Shown piece after piece: positions 1 through 9,561 of a stretch of 64,000 nucleotides of DNA (position 1 is the first letter of the stretch; every line of letters starts with the position of its first letter). The notes under the pieces were generated by a model. The model was not told where the DNA came from and searched no databases. It was given only the letters and a program-made list of their open reading frames with translations. Position numbers and translations under genes: made by a program. The stretch is from Epithemia pelagica (lineage: Eukaryota > Protista > Bacillariophyta): NCBI GenBank assembly GCA_946965045.2, contig OX337233.1:558001-622000 (forward strand). The letters are read 5' to 3'.

Positions 1-135
1 GTCGTCATTGGCAAAAGGATCTCCACCTGGTATCACTAGTGTCGTTGTCGTTGTCGTCGTCGTCGACGAGGGAGAATGCGGCGGTACCGAGGTTTTGGGG
101 TCTTGTCGTCGTCGTTGTTCCTATTCTGGATACAA
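1..135 (-). pseudogene. Fragment of the minus-strand coiled-coil/RRPWWKVW family gene (truncated by window edge)
   Basis: 1-135 matches 12413-12545 and the corresponding part of the fuller copies at 41750-41900 and 52500-52620; (GTC)n tracts encode Thr/Asp runs on the minus strand. Confidence 0.6.
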
Positions 136-161
136 AATTGTTCTTGTTGGCTTTGGCAGCG

Positions 162-290
162 ATACGATCCAAACTGTCTGGTTTTCAAGCATGCGCGTGC
201 GAGAAATTGTGTCTTGACGTCATGTACATGTTGGCGGGTCTCCGCAATTTCTCGCAGACATGCTTGAAACCCAGACAGTTTGGATCGTAT
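162..290. repeat. Long foldback (about 48-bp imperfect arms, 35-nt loop); MITE-like or hairpin-RNA source
   Basis: atacgatccaaactgtctggttttcaagcatg (162-193) pairs with 259-290 with one mismatch; tgcgagaaattg (198-209) pairs with caatttctcgca (245-256). Confidence 0.8.
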
Positions 291-822
291 GGAAAGATGC
301 GCACACACAAACAGAACGAAAAAACATGGCTGGGTGAGCTGGGGATCCGTTGGTCAAGGGATATTTCGGCCCCATTCACTACCGTGATCTAGAAAGACTT
401 TGGGTTTTAAACGTTTGGCTTTGGCTGCTGCTGATACGTTGTTTGGGGAAAGACGGCACTTTTGTCTCGTCAGGCAAAGAACTGACGATCGTGCCCAATA
501 CGACAGAAAGAAGGAGGAATAGCAACACAAAGGTTGAGTTCATGAATACTGTCATCGTTGTCGTTGATGCGATTCCAAGGATTGCGAGAGAGGGATGCTA
601 CGAGGCACTCTCGTTTTCTCGCTATGATCCAATCGAACCATCTCTCGTTTCGGGGCGGGATGATCGAGATGAAGCCAACGAGACGCTTTTGGATCCTCTC
701 TCATCGTTCGTTTTCTCTCTCCGAAAAAGATCTTCCCTTAAAGCGATCTAGACGCGACTCGTGGCTTCCCACAAATCCAGCAGACGGACAGACGGAAGAT
801 CCAAATCATCATCCATCACGAC

Positions 823-985
823 TGTTGAAATTGTGGCCTATATTTGGCAATGAACGACAAATGTGTCTGAGCTACCACGGCTATGTGGCCGAATTCGGTG
901 AGAGCTGTGTACGACTCCCACCTGTAAACCAAGGTAGCTTTATCGATAATGAACGTATAATCTTTCTGATAGCGAACTTTTAGCA
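823..985 (+). repeat. 5' LTR (163 bp)
   Basis: tgttgaaattgtggcc...cgaacttttagca, identical to 7291-7453. Confidence 0.97.
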
Positions 986-999
986 GTTTATCAGACCCA
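986..999 (+). other. Putative primer-binding site, complementary to a tRNA anticodon arm
   Basis: GTTTATCAGACCCA directly after the LTR; reverse complement TGGGT-CTGATAA-AC resembles tRNA positions 27-40. Confidence 0.5.
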
Positions 1000-1032
1000 T
1001 TCGTTCCGATTTTTCGTGTGAACTACATCACC

Positions 1033-2637
1033 ATGGTACTAACTGCAGCCCAAACGACGTCTTTCTTTCAAGATGCCGATCAAATGGGCATTCCCCAGCC
1101 GACGGTAGCTCAACTTCAAGTTGAAGGAATCGCGACGATTCCTGACCTAGCTGACTTTGACAAGGAGACTCTTCAACAGGTTGCTGACAACCTACGGAAA
1201 CCAGGTGGACGAGTTCAAGATCCCAACCCTGGGGCAGCTGTTGGTGCAACAATTCCGACACCGCCGTTCGTATTTGGAGCCAAGTCACAACATCGTCTAA
1301 CTGTGGCGTGTGACCTAGTGCGGTACTATAACACCGTTGGTCGTGACCTAACCCAACCTAATATGAGATGGAATCATGTGATGAAGAACTTTGAAGTTCA
1401 ATGGAAGGCGTTGAAGGCTCGAAAGGACTCAGACGACCCAGATGTCCCGAAGATCAGCAAGGCACTACCAATTATCAAATGGACCGAAGCGTTCCAAGAT
1501 TACCTCCACAGGATCATTGGTGTCAGGACTATCCCATTGGCATATGTGATTCGGCAAGAAGTCGATGTGCCGGTTGTTCCTCCTCCACAAGCCACTAATA
1601 AGCCGCATTCTACAGAATACGGATCGATTGAAGTGGAATTGGTAGCCCGTGCATCACACGATCACGAGTTATACAGAGAAGACAATGGATCAGTATACTA
1701 CCACCTGGAGGAAGCAACTAGAGGGACGACGTATGCAGCATCTATTAAACCTTATCAACGTAATAAAGATGGAAGAGGCGCATGGTTGGCCCTTACCAGC
1801 CAATATGCGGGTCAAGATAAGTGGGAGGCCGAGATCAAGCGTCAGGATGATCTGCTCCACACACGTGTCTGGAAAGGCCAAAACAGTTTCCCACTGGAAG
1901 GGTTTATTGCACAACATAGAAACGCATATGTTTCCATGCAACAATGTGCAGAACATGTTGCTTACCAGTTACCCAATGAACACACGCGTGTCGGGTACTT
2001 GCTTGATGGAATCCAATGTGCCGATGCAGGACTCCAAGCCGCCATGGCCAGTGTTCGGACTGACACCGACCCTGATGGCATGCGCAACAGGTTTGAAAAG
2101 GCTGCTGCCCACTTACTGCCGTATGACCCTGTTGCAAAGAAACGGGCAGCTGCAACAAACAACAAGCGCAACGCTGCGCAAATCTCATCCATTGAAGTCG
2201 ATGACACTCCTGGGATGGCTGAGGCGAGTTCAACTGCCGTGGCCAAGAAACAAAGCATTGGCAAAACGGGTGTCCACCTTCGGTATCACACTCCCAGTGA
2301 GTATGACAAGCTAACCGATGAGCAGAAAGATGAATTGCGTGAATGGCGTAAGGCCAATCCTTCGAAGAAGAAGAACAATCCGAATGACAAGAAAGGAGGG
2401 CGCTCCAAGTCTGTCAAACGACAATTGGCCTCGGTTGTAGCAAAAGAACTCAAGAAGTTTGCCAAGAATGAAACCGAGGAAGAAAAGGAAACGGTTGATC
2501 TCCAAGCGCAGATTGCTAGTATGGTTCAAAATGCTGTCAAGGAACAGCTGGCCTTGCCTCCGGTACCACCCGCCGCTGCCCCCAAGAAACCATCCACCCT
2601 CCAGTCCATCCTCAAGCAGGCGAAATTCTCGTCCTGA
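1033..2637 (+). CDS. gag: Gag polyprotein of the copia element
   Basis: Long ORF right after LTR/PBS (first ATG 1033); helical core and basic C-terminus (LRYHTPSEYDKLTDEQKDELREWRK); no clear CCHC knuckle. Confidence 0.88.
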   Translation: MVLTAAQTTSFFQDADQMGIPQPTVAQLQVEGIATIPDLADFDKETLQQVADNLRKPGGRVQDPNPGAAVGATIPTPPFVFGAKSQHRLTVACDLVRYYNTVGRDLTQPNMRWNHVMKNFEVQWKALKARKDSDDPDVPKISKALPIIKWTEAFQDYLHRIIGVRTIPLAYVIRQEVDVPVVPPPQATNKPHSTEYGSIEVELVARASHDHELYREDNGSVYYHLEEATRGTTYAASIKPYQRNKDGRGAWLALTSQYAGQDKWEAEIKRQDDLLHTRVWKGQNSFPLEGFIAQHRNAYVSMQQCAEHVAYQLPNEHTRVGYLLDGIQCADAGLQAAMASVRTDTDPDGMRNRFEKAAAHLLPYDPVAKKRAAATNNKRNAAQISSIEVDDTPGMAEASSTAVAKKQSIGKTGVHLRYHTPSEYDKLTDEQKDELREWRKANPSKKKNNPNDKKGGRSKSVKRQLASVVAKELKKFAKNETEEEKETVDLQAQIASMVQNAVKEQLALPPVPPAAAPKKPSTLQSILKQAKFSS

Positions 2638-2649
2638 AGGCGTCCGGCC

Positions 2650-5600
2650 ATGTCCTCATCCTTGAGAGGAGGGATATTGCAGCCGGACAACAACAAGCCA
2701 TGGGACCCAGGAGAAGAACATGAGTGCTGCCAGCAATGTCAAAAGTCCGTTGTTCCGAATCGATGTTTTGCGGTTGTTGCCGCTGCATCATTGGACAATG
2801 ATGAGGAAATGCAGGACATGGATGGAGAGCACCGGACGGAATTGGACAGTCATGCCAATATGCCCGTCGTCGGACGACACAGCTATATCATCAACAAGTC
2901 GGGCAAGAAGGTCGACGTCAGCCCTTTCACACCCCAATATAAGTCGATGCAGGCAGAATTGGTGGATGCCATCGTCCGATATGACTGCCCATACGCAGGC
3001 AAGCCGTATCTCCTCGTCATTCAGAACGCTCTCTGGGTTGAAGCAATGGAGAATAATCTGGTGCCGCCGTTCATCCTGAGAGAGAGTGGAATAAAAGTCA
3101 ATGAACGAGCGAAAATCCACACTGATGACCCAACGGTGGATGACCATGCCATCACCTTCCCGGCCACAGGCTTCCGCATCCCCTTGAGCCTTTGGGGGGT
3201 CTTCTCTTACTTCCCATCAGTGAGACCAACGGAGGACGACCTGGTTGCTGGGCATGACGTATACGTTTTGACACCAAGTCGGTGGAACCCACACTCAGAT
3301 GCCTATGAGGCAAATGAGGCCAGTATGTTGGACTGGGAAGGTAACATCAAGGAGAGAAAGGACCAGCTGCGGATTGTGGTCGATGACATCCCGGATCCAG
3401 AGAATGGAGAAGATTATCGCGTGTCATCAGCGGAGGCCCATGTAATTGACCGGACATGTGCAGCATGTCATCATTGGCAAAATTACATGGCCGAAAACAG
3501 GAAGTCGTCATCAATTGAGGCGCATGATGAGGTTGGACGTCACCTTTCGTCCGTATCATCGGTGTTGGTTGAGTCAATGATGGCCTTGCAACTGGAAGAC
3601 AGAATGGTACAAGGAAAGGAATTCGTATCCATCGGTGCTACTGTCGCAACCGAGGAAGATGAGGAAAATGATGACGGCAGTTCGGTGGAAGACGAGGAGC
3701 ACGGCGATGCGATGGACCTTGATCTGGATGCCTTGGACGATGTCGATCTTGATGACTTCTTTGTGTCAAGTGTAAATGCCGGTAAGCCAAATGGAATTGG
3801 AGCCGAGCATCTTGCCAAGGTATGGCGAATAAGCCACGACGATGCCAAAAGGACTCTGGCTGTAACATCTCAGCGCAGCAAAAGACCAGAAGATCCGACC
3901 TTGTCACAGAACTATGGAACCAACGACCGGATGCTCCGGTATCGACGGATTGAAGAATATTTTTACATGGACACCTTCTTTGCGACGAAGAAAGGAGGAA
4001 AGTCGTCTCGTGGTAACACATGCTGCCAACTGTTTGTCACTGACAAAGGCTTTATGCATGTGGTACCAATGAAGAGAAAGTCCGAAGTTTTGATGGCTGT
4101 GAAAATCTTTGCCAAAGAAATTGGTGCACCTGATGCACTGATTTGTGATATGTCCAAGGAACAGACGAGTTCGGACATGAAGATATTCCTCAACGAGATT
4201 GGGACGACCCTACGTGCGTTAGAAGAAGGTACACCCTGGGCCAACAAAGCTGAGTTGTACATCAAACTCATGAAGGAAGCGGTTCGCAAAGATATGCGCG
4301 AAGCGAACTCCCCACTCCCGTTTTGGGACTATTGCCTTGAGCGGCGAGTTCGAATCGATAACCTGACGGCTCGAGATTATATCACCGTCCGCGGAACGAA
4401 CCCATATACTGCAACGCTGGGAATTGAGGGCGATATTTCCAGTCTTGGCCAGTACAAGTGGTATGAATGGTGCTACTTTCGAGAGCACACGGCCAAGTTT
4501 CCCCACAACCAAGAGGTTCTAGGTCGTATCCTTGGCCCAGCTAAAGGTGAAGGGAACGAGATGGCACAATGGGTCCTAAAAGCCAATGGAAATGTGGTAC
4601 CACGACGGTCCACCCGACCACTACAGGAATCCGAAATCCACAGTGCCAGTGAGCAATCAAAGCGTTCGGCCTTCAACGCATTGATTGAGAGGAGGCATGG
4701 CACCTCCATACAACCACCACCACCTATCTCCAACGACGACGAAAAATTTTATGATCCGTATGAGGACGACGAACAACCCCAATATACGAAACCGGACATA
4801 GAAGACACGGTCGACAACGTTGGGAGACTTCTGAATCAATGCCCGGCCTATGACAGGATGATCAATGCCGAAGTGCAAATGCAAATTGGCGATGAGATGA
4901 GTAAGGGGGTAGTCAAGAGAAGAGCCCTGGGGGCTGATGGGAAAACGTCTGGGAAGTACCATGACGATCCATACAGCAATTCAATCCTCTACGAAGTCGA
5001 ATTCACGGACGGCCAAGTCAAGGAATATGCTGCAAACATCATAGCGGAGAGCATGTTGGCCGAGGTGGACACGGACGGCAACCATCTACGACTGATGGAA
5101 GGGATAGTGGAATGGAAGAAAGATGAATCCCTGGCCGTACCCAAACGCGACAAATATGTCTATGACAGGCATGGTAGACGAAGGGCGAGGAAGACGACGC
5201 GTGGATGGTGGCTGCTTGTCAAGTGGAAGGACGGATCGGAATCTTGGCAACGATTGGCGGACATGAAAGAGTCGTACCCGATTGAAACAGCTGAATTTGC
5301 TGTTGCACGAGGCTTGGACGATGAACCTGCTTTCCAATGGTGGGCCAAGTCGACGTTGAGGCGGAGGGACGCCATCATATCGGCGCTGAAAACGCGTGCA
5401 CGACAAATAAAGCACAAGTATGGTATAGAGATACCTACAAGTGTGGAGCACGCAAAGGAATTGGACAAGAAAAACGGAAATGATTATTGGATGAAGGCCT
5501 TAGCGAAGGAGATGTTCAACGTTGGAGTAGCCTTTGAAATCCTAGCAGAAGGGGAAAAGGCGCCCTATGGTTGGCATCTGGTTACTGGACATCTAGTGTG

Positions 5601-7149
5601 GGACGTCAAAATGGACTTCACCAGGAAGGCCAGGTGGGTTCTTGACGGCCATAAAACACCGGATCCAGAGGGATCGACGTTCGCCGGTGTGGTGTCCAGG
5701 GAGAGTGTGCGTATCGCTTTCACGTACGCTGCCCTGAATGGACTCGATGTCTTTGCCGCCGACATTCGGAACGCCTACCTTCAGGCACCGTCGTCGAGAA
5801 AGGACTACATCATATGTGGTCCTGAGTTTGGCATTGAAAATGTGGGAAAGATTGCACTCGTGCATCGTGCTCTTTATGGAGGAAAGACGGCCGGAAAAGA
5901 CTTCCGAAATCACCTCCGATCTTGCATGAGCCATCTCGGCTTTAAGTCTTGCCCGGCAGATCCTGATGTGTGGATGCGACCCGCTGAGAAGTCAGATGGG
6001 ACGACCTACTACGAGTATGTATTGCTCTATGTAGATGATGCCCTGGCAATTGGAGAAAACGCCGAGAAAATTCTACGAGAGGAGATCGGTCGATACTTTG
6101 AGCTTAAGGAGGAGTCAGTGGGCCCTCCCAGCTTATACCTTGGTGGAAGAGTCCGCAAGGTCGTACTCGAGAATGGAGCAGAAGCGTGGGCCTTCAGTTC
6201 CTCACAGTATGTTCAGGCCGCTGTGAAGAATGTCGAGGACTACTTGGCAAAGGATGAGAACAAGAGATGGTCCCTGCCAAGTAAAGCTGATACGCCAATG
6301 AAGTCAAACTATCGGGCTGAGTTGGATGTCTCGGCTGAACTTTCACCAGGAGACGCATCCTATTACCAGTCCCTGATTGGAGTATTACGGTGGATTGTCG
6401 AATTGGGCAGAGTGGACATCTGCCTTGAGGTGTCCATACTGTCGTCCCACCTTGCCCTACCGAGGGAAGGGCATATGCAACAAGTCCTGCAGGTCTTCTC
6501 ATACCTCAGGAAATACCACAACGCAGAACTTGTCTATGACCCAAGTGATCCCGTCATCAACGTGGCGGATTTTGAGAGGAGAGATTGGACTGCCTCTGAG
6601 TTTGGTCATATCGACGGAAAGGAAGAACTTCCACCCAATATGCCGGAGCCTCGTGGAATGGGCTTCACAATTCGGGCAAAGGTCGACGCAGACCATGCCT
6701 CAGATACCGTATCACGACGATCACGAACAGGGTTTCTCGTGTATCTAAATTCCGCCCTCACATATTGGTGGAGTAAGAAGCAAACATCGATCGAGTCATC
6801 ATCTTTCGGATCAGAATTCATAGCTATGAAGCAATGCTGTGAGTATCTACGGGGGTTACGGTACAAGCTAAGAATGATGGGCATCCCGTGCGATGGCCCA
6901 AGTCTCATCTACGGGGACAATCAATCAGTGTTGGCGAACACAACAATACCGGACTCGGCTCTCAAGAAGAAGAGTCAGTCCATCGCATACCACTTTGTAC
7001 GAGAAGGTGTGGCAAGGGACGAATGGAGAACAACCTACATCAACACCCATGCAAACGAAGCAGACCTATTGACGAAAGTTCTGCCTAATGGGGAGAAGAG
7101 ACGAGGTTTCGTTCGAAATTTGCTCCATCACATCTTCGGTACAGAGTGA
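2650..7149 (+). CDS. pol: Pol polyprotein: aspartic protease, integrase, chromo-like segment, reverse transcriptase, RNase H
   Basis: Protease LDSHAN; integrase YMDTFF...ICDMSKEQ...NKAELYIK; RT KARWVLDGHK, YVDD; RNase H DADHASD, YGDNQSV, NEADLLTK. Integrase precedes RT (copia order). Confidence 0.96.
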   Translation: MSSSLRGGILQPDNNKPWDPGEEHECCQQCQKSVVPNRCFAVVAAASLDNDEEMQDMDGEHRTELDSHANMPVVGRHSYIINKSGKKVDVSPFTPQYKSMQAELVDAIVRYDCPYAGKPYLLVIQNALWVEAMENNLVPPFILRESGIKVNERAKIHTDDPTVDDHAITFPATGFRIPLSLWGVFSYFPSVRPTEDDLVAGHDVYVLTPSRWNPHSDAYEANEASMLDWEGNIKERKDQLRIVVDDIPDPENGEDYRVSSAEAHVIDRTCAACHHWQNYMAENRKSSSIEAHDEVGRHLSSVSSVLVESMMALQLEDRMVQGKEFVSIGATVATEEDEENDDGSSVEDEEHGDAMDLDLDALDDVDLDDFFVSSVNAGKPNGIGAEHLAKVWRISHDDAKRTLAVTSQRSKRPEDPTLSQNYGTNDRMLRYRRIEEYFYMDTFFATKKGGKSSRGNTCCQLFVTDKGFMHVVPMKRKSEVLMAVKIFAKEIGAPDALICDMSKEQTSSDMKIFLNEIGTTLRALEEGTPWANKAELYIKLMKEAVRKDMREANSPLPFWDYCLERRVRIDNLTARDYITVRGTNPYTATLGIEGDISSLGQYKWYEWCYFREHTAKFPHNQEVLGRILGPAKGEGNEMAQWVLKANGNVVPRRSTRPLQESEIHSASEQSKRSAFNALIERRHGTSIQPPPPISNDDEKFYDPYEDDEQPQYTKPDIEDTVDNVGRLLNQCPAYDRMINAEVQMQIGDEMSKGVVKRRALGADGKTSGKYHDDPYSNSILYEVEFTDGQVKEYAANIIAESMLAEVDTDGNHLRLMEGIVEWKKDESLAVPKRDKYVYDRHGRRRARKTTRGWWLLVKWKDGSESWQRLADMKESYPIETAEFAVARGLDDEPAFQWWAKSTLRRRDAIISALKTRARQIKHKYGIEIPTSVEHAKELDKKNGNDYWMKALAKEMFNVGVAFEILAEGEKAPYGWHLVTGHLVWDVKMDFTRKARWVLDGHKTPDPEGSTFAGVVSRESVRIAFTYAALNGLDVFAADIRNAYLQAPSSRKDYIICGPEFGIENVGKIALVHRALYGGKTAGKDFRNHLRSCMSHLGFKSCPADPDVWMRPAEKSDGTTYYEYVLLYVDDALAIGENAEKILREEIGRYFELKEESVGPPSLYLGGRVRKVVLENGAEAWAFSSSQYVQAAVKNVEDYLAKDENKRWSLPSKADTPMKSNYRAELDVSAELSPGDASYYQSLIGVLRWIVELGRVDICLEVSILSSHLALPREGHMQQVLQVFSYLRKYHNAELVYDPSDPVINVADFERRDWTASEFGHIDGKEELPPNMPEPRGMGFTIRAKVDADHASDTVSRRSRTGFLVYLNSALTYWWSKKQTSIESSSFGSEFIAMKQCCEYLRGLRYKLRMMGIPCDGPSLIYGDNQSVLANTTIPDSALKKKSQSIAYHFVREGVARDEWRTTYINTHANEADLLTKVLPNGEKRRGFVRNLLHHIFGTE

Positions 7150-7282
7150 GTGTTAAGTGGAGTACACAGGAGTGGAACCACTTGGGTGAATGGAGGTGGA
7201 TGTAGCATGACGTGAACCACCTAGGACGAACGACAAGCCACAAGAGTTGCAAACCAACATTGCAATGGTGCAAGGTTGATTT

Positions 7283-7290
7283 GAGAGGAG
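7283..7290 (+). other. Polypurine tract
   Basis: GAGAGGAG immediately before the 3' LTR. Confidence 0.8.
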
Positions 7291-7453
7291 TGTTGAAATT
7301 GTGGCCTATATTTGGCAATGAACGACAAATGTGTCTGAGCTACCACGGCTATGTGGCCGAATTCGGTGAGAGCTGTGTACGACTCCCACCTGTAAACCAA
7401 GGTAGCTTTATCGATAATGAACGTATAATCTTTCTGATAGCGAACTTTTAGCA
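7291..7453 (+). repeat. 3' LTR (163 bp)
   Basis: Identical to 823-985. Confidence 0.97.
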
Positions 7454-7528
7454 CGACCATGACCAAAAGTGGTTGATCAAACTGAGAAAGATCCTTTTCT
7501 TCGTTTTGTCTTTGTGCAAGAGATAACC

Positions 7529-8920
7529 ATGTCACTCTGAACGCGCGTCGTCGTCTTCAACGCCATCGCATTCACGACGACTCGTATGGTAGGGTGATAT
7601 TCTAAAGGAATCATCCACACCATCCTTTCAGAGTTTTGGCCATGACAAAAACAACGATTATTACAAGGCAAAGACGACAGCGAAAACCAGCAGCAACAGC
7701 AACAGTAAGACCAACAAGAAAACGTCGCAAACGCAAATCGAGCCATCGTCCTCCAATACAACAACGACCTCAAGACAACGATTGCGTCGCTTGACTCAAA
7801 CTAATTCGTTGCCATCGTCGTCCTTGTGGTGGGTACGCTATCTCATGTTACTGGCTCAATATCGTGCAACAAAAATACTGACATGGTGCAACATGGATTG
7901 GATGCGGCCTACAGTCGGTTGTCTTGCGAACCTGGGATGCCGACTTGGCAATTTCAAACCTCTCGTTTTGTAGATATGCAAGGGTGGTTTTTGGAGTATT
8001 GTCGCCACGGTCCTGGCACCACCTCTGGCCCTAATCATGTGTTGTGAATGGTATGATTCGGATCAAACCTTGCTGGAATTGCGCAAGAAATGCGGCAACA
8101 AGGGACCCTCATCACACAACACCAAACCTCGGAACAACATGACTTGTTCTGTAAAGAACGATTTGGAATTCTGGTCTAGGAACAATTGCAAACCGGCTTT
8201 GAGTATATTGTCCATGGCGAACCTCGTTCAGTCCCAATCACAGTCATTATAACACCCAGAACAACAATAAGCTATCCTCATGGGTTTCGCGACCCTCCCC
8301 CATGTTTCTCCAACGACAAGAACAACCAATGGTGGTTCCAATTTCAGCTTGGTGGATACCTTGAATTCACAGTTCTTGAGGATTGTGGTGACCAATCAAA
8401 CCACTGTGAACCTTTCGAACGAACGTGGTGGAACCAGCTCAAATTGTTACATCAATCTTGCTGCCCCTCTTGCCGTCGGTGGGTGTCACCGCCTTTTTGA
8501 CACCCACTCTGTCTTCTTTGTGCTTGATTCAACCATTGGTCTAGACGGGGTTGTTGGATACAATGAACAATCTCGAAGCGGGCTTTGTGACACTTTTGGT
8601 GCCGACCAATCAGGCCTTTGAAGTCTTGAATGTCAATAGCTTGACGTTGACTTGTGTCTTGGACCCAATGTGTATCGTGGCGGTACCTTGTTTCGAGAGA
8701 GCATTACCAGTTTCATGGCCGGCAACCAAGGCAATCCCATTCAACTTACCAGTGATTCGGCTACCGATTGGATCTTTTCCGCGACACAATTTCCGCAATC
8801 TCTCGGCCGTGGACCGGACCGAACCGGATTTGCCTCTCACCTGCGCCAATTTCGTCAATACCCAAGTCGTCGCCCTTCGAGGGGTCATTCACTGGGATCG
8901 ATGCCGTCTTGTTTCCATAA
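7529..8920 (+). pseudogene. FAS1 (fasciclin)-domain gene copy F1, frameshifted
   Basis: FAS1 H1-like VTLLVPTNQAF (about 8590) and H2-like GVIHW...DAVL (about 8880) lie in broken frames; paralogue of 13318-14352. Confidence 0.75.
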
Positions 8921-9152
8921 TAATACACACATTACTCTGTGGAAGAACGATATGGGATTCCGTTGGTGCACAGTGGGAATCGGAAGCAAATCATTTCTTC
9001 GAAAGCCCACCCACTTTGGAACTGTCTCATATCGAAATCAAGGCGCTTTTGTCCTCGAATTGCATGGTATGGTGGAATATATGGACACAACAGGTACAGT
9101 CGAGAAGATGCAAAGTCTCTCTACTACCTACAGAAAGAACACTCATACTCTC

Positions 9153-9190
9153 GTCATGTAGCGTCATGTAGCGTCATGTAGCGTCATGTC
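9153..9190. repeat. 10-bp tandem repeat (GTCATGTAGC) x3 plus partial
   Basis: Read directly. Confidence 0.85.
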
Positions 9191-9561
9191 ATGTCGTTCA
9201 ACTGGAACTTCACTACCATTGTTAGTGTTGCCGATGACTGCCGGTCCGATCCATGAAGCACATACACAATTCCACGATTCTGGCGCGTGACGAGATGCTG
9301 GTCCTCTCATAATATATGTGGGGCGTGTGACCAACTCCGAACCGAGTAACAGTCGATGGTTGATATAGATACAAGAACGCAGCGGCGGGCAATGATCATA
9401 TACATGTGGGATGCAAAACGTTGGTGCATATAAACACTATGTCAACGTTGCTTCACATCAAAAGATGACATGCTGAGCACAGTGTTTTACATCAAAAGCT
9501 GAGCTATCAAAAGCGCTTCCTTCCACAAACATTATTGTGTTCCAAATTATATCAAAGGACC

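Larger units (their letters stand above)
1..822. repeat. Segmental duplicate of 12413-13241 (continues at 7454 after the LTR element); partial third copy about 20563-20990
   Basis: Near-identical sequence by direct reading (e.g. gtcgtcattggcaaaaggatctccacc at 1 and 12413; ccatcacgac at 813-822 and 13232-13241). Confidence 0.9.
823..7453 (+). mobile_element. Full-length Ty1/copia LTR retrotransposon (CoDi-like)
   Basis: Two identical 163-bp TG...CA LTRs, gag then pol in PR-IN-RT-RH order, PPT, target duplication CGAC. Empty-site paralogues (catcacgaccatgacc) at about 13233 and about 20981. Confidence 0.97.

Noticed and set aside
8-983. Short ORFs such as 8-217, 350-751, 558-983, 12141-12686 and similar Val/Ser-rich ORFs as genes
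   Set aside because: They are antisense shadows of trinucleotide-rich P genes, or frame-unstable translations of duplicated non-coding blocks and LTR sequence.
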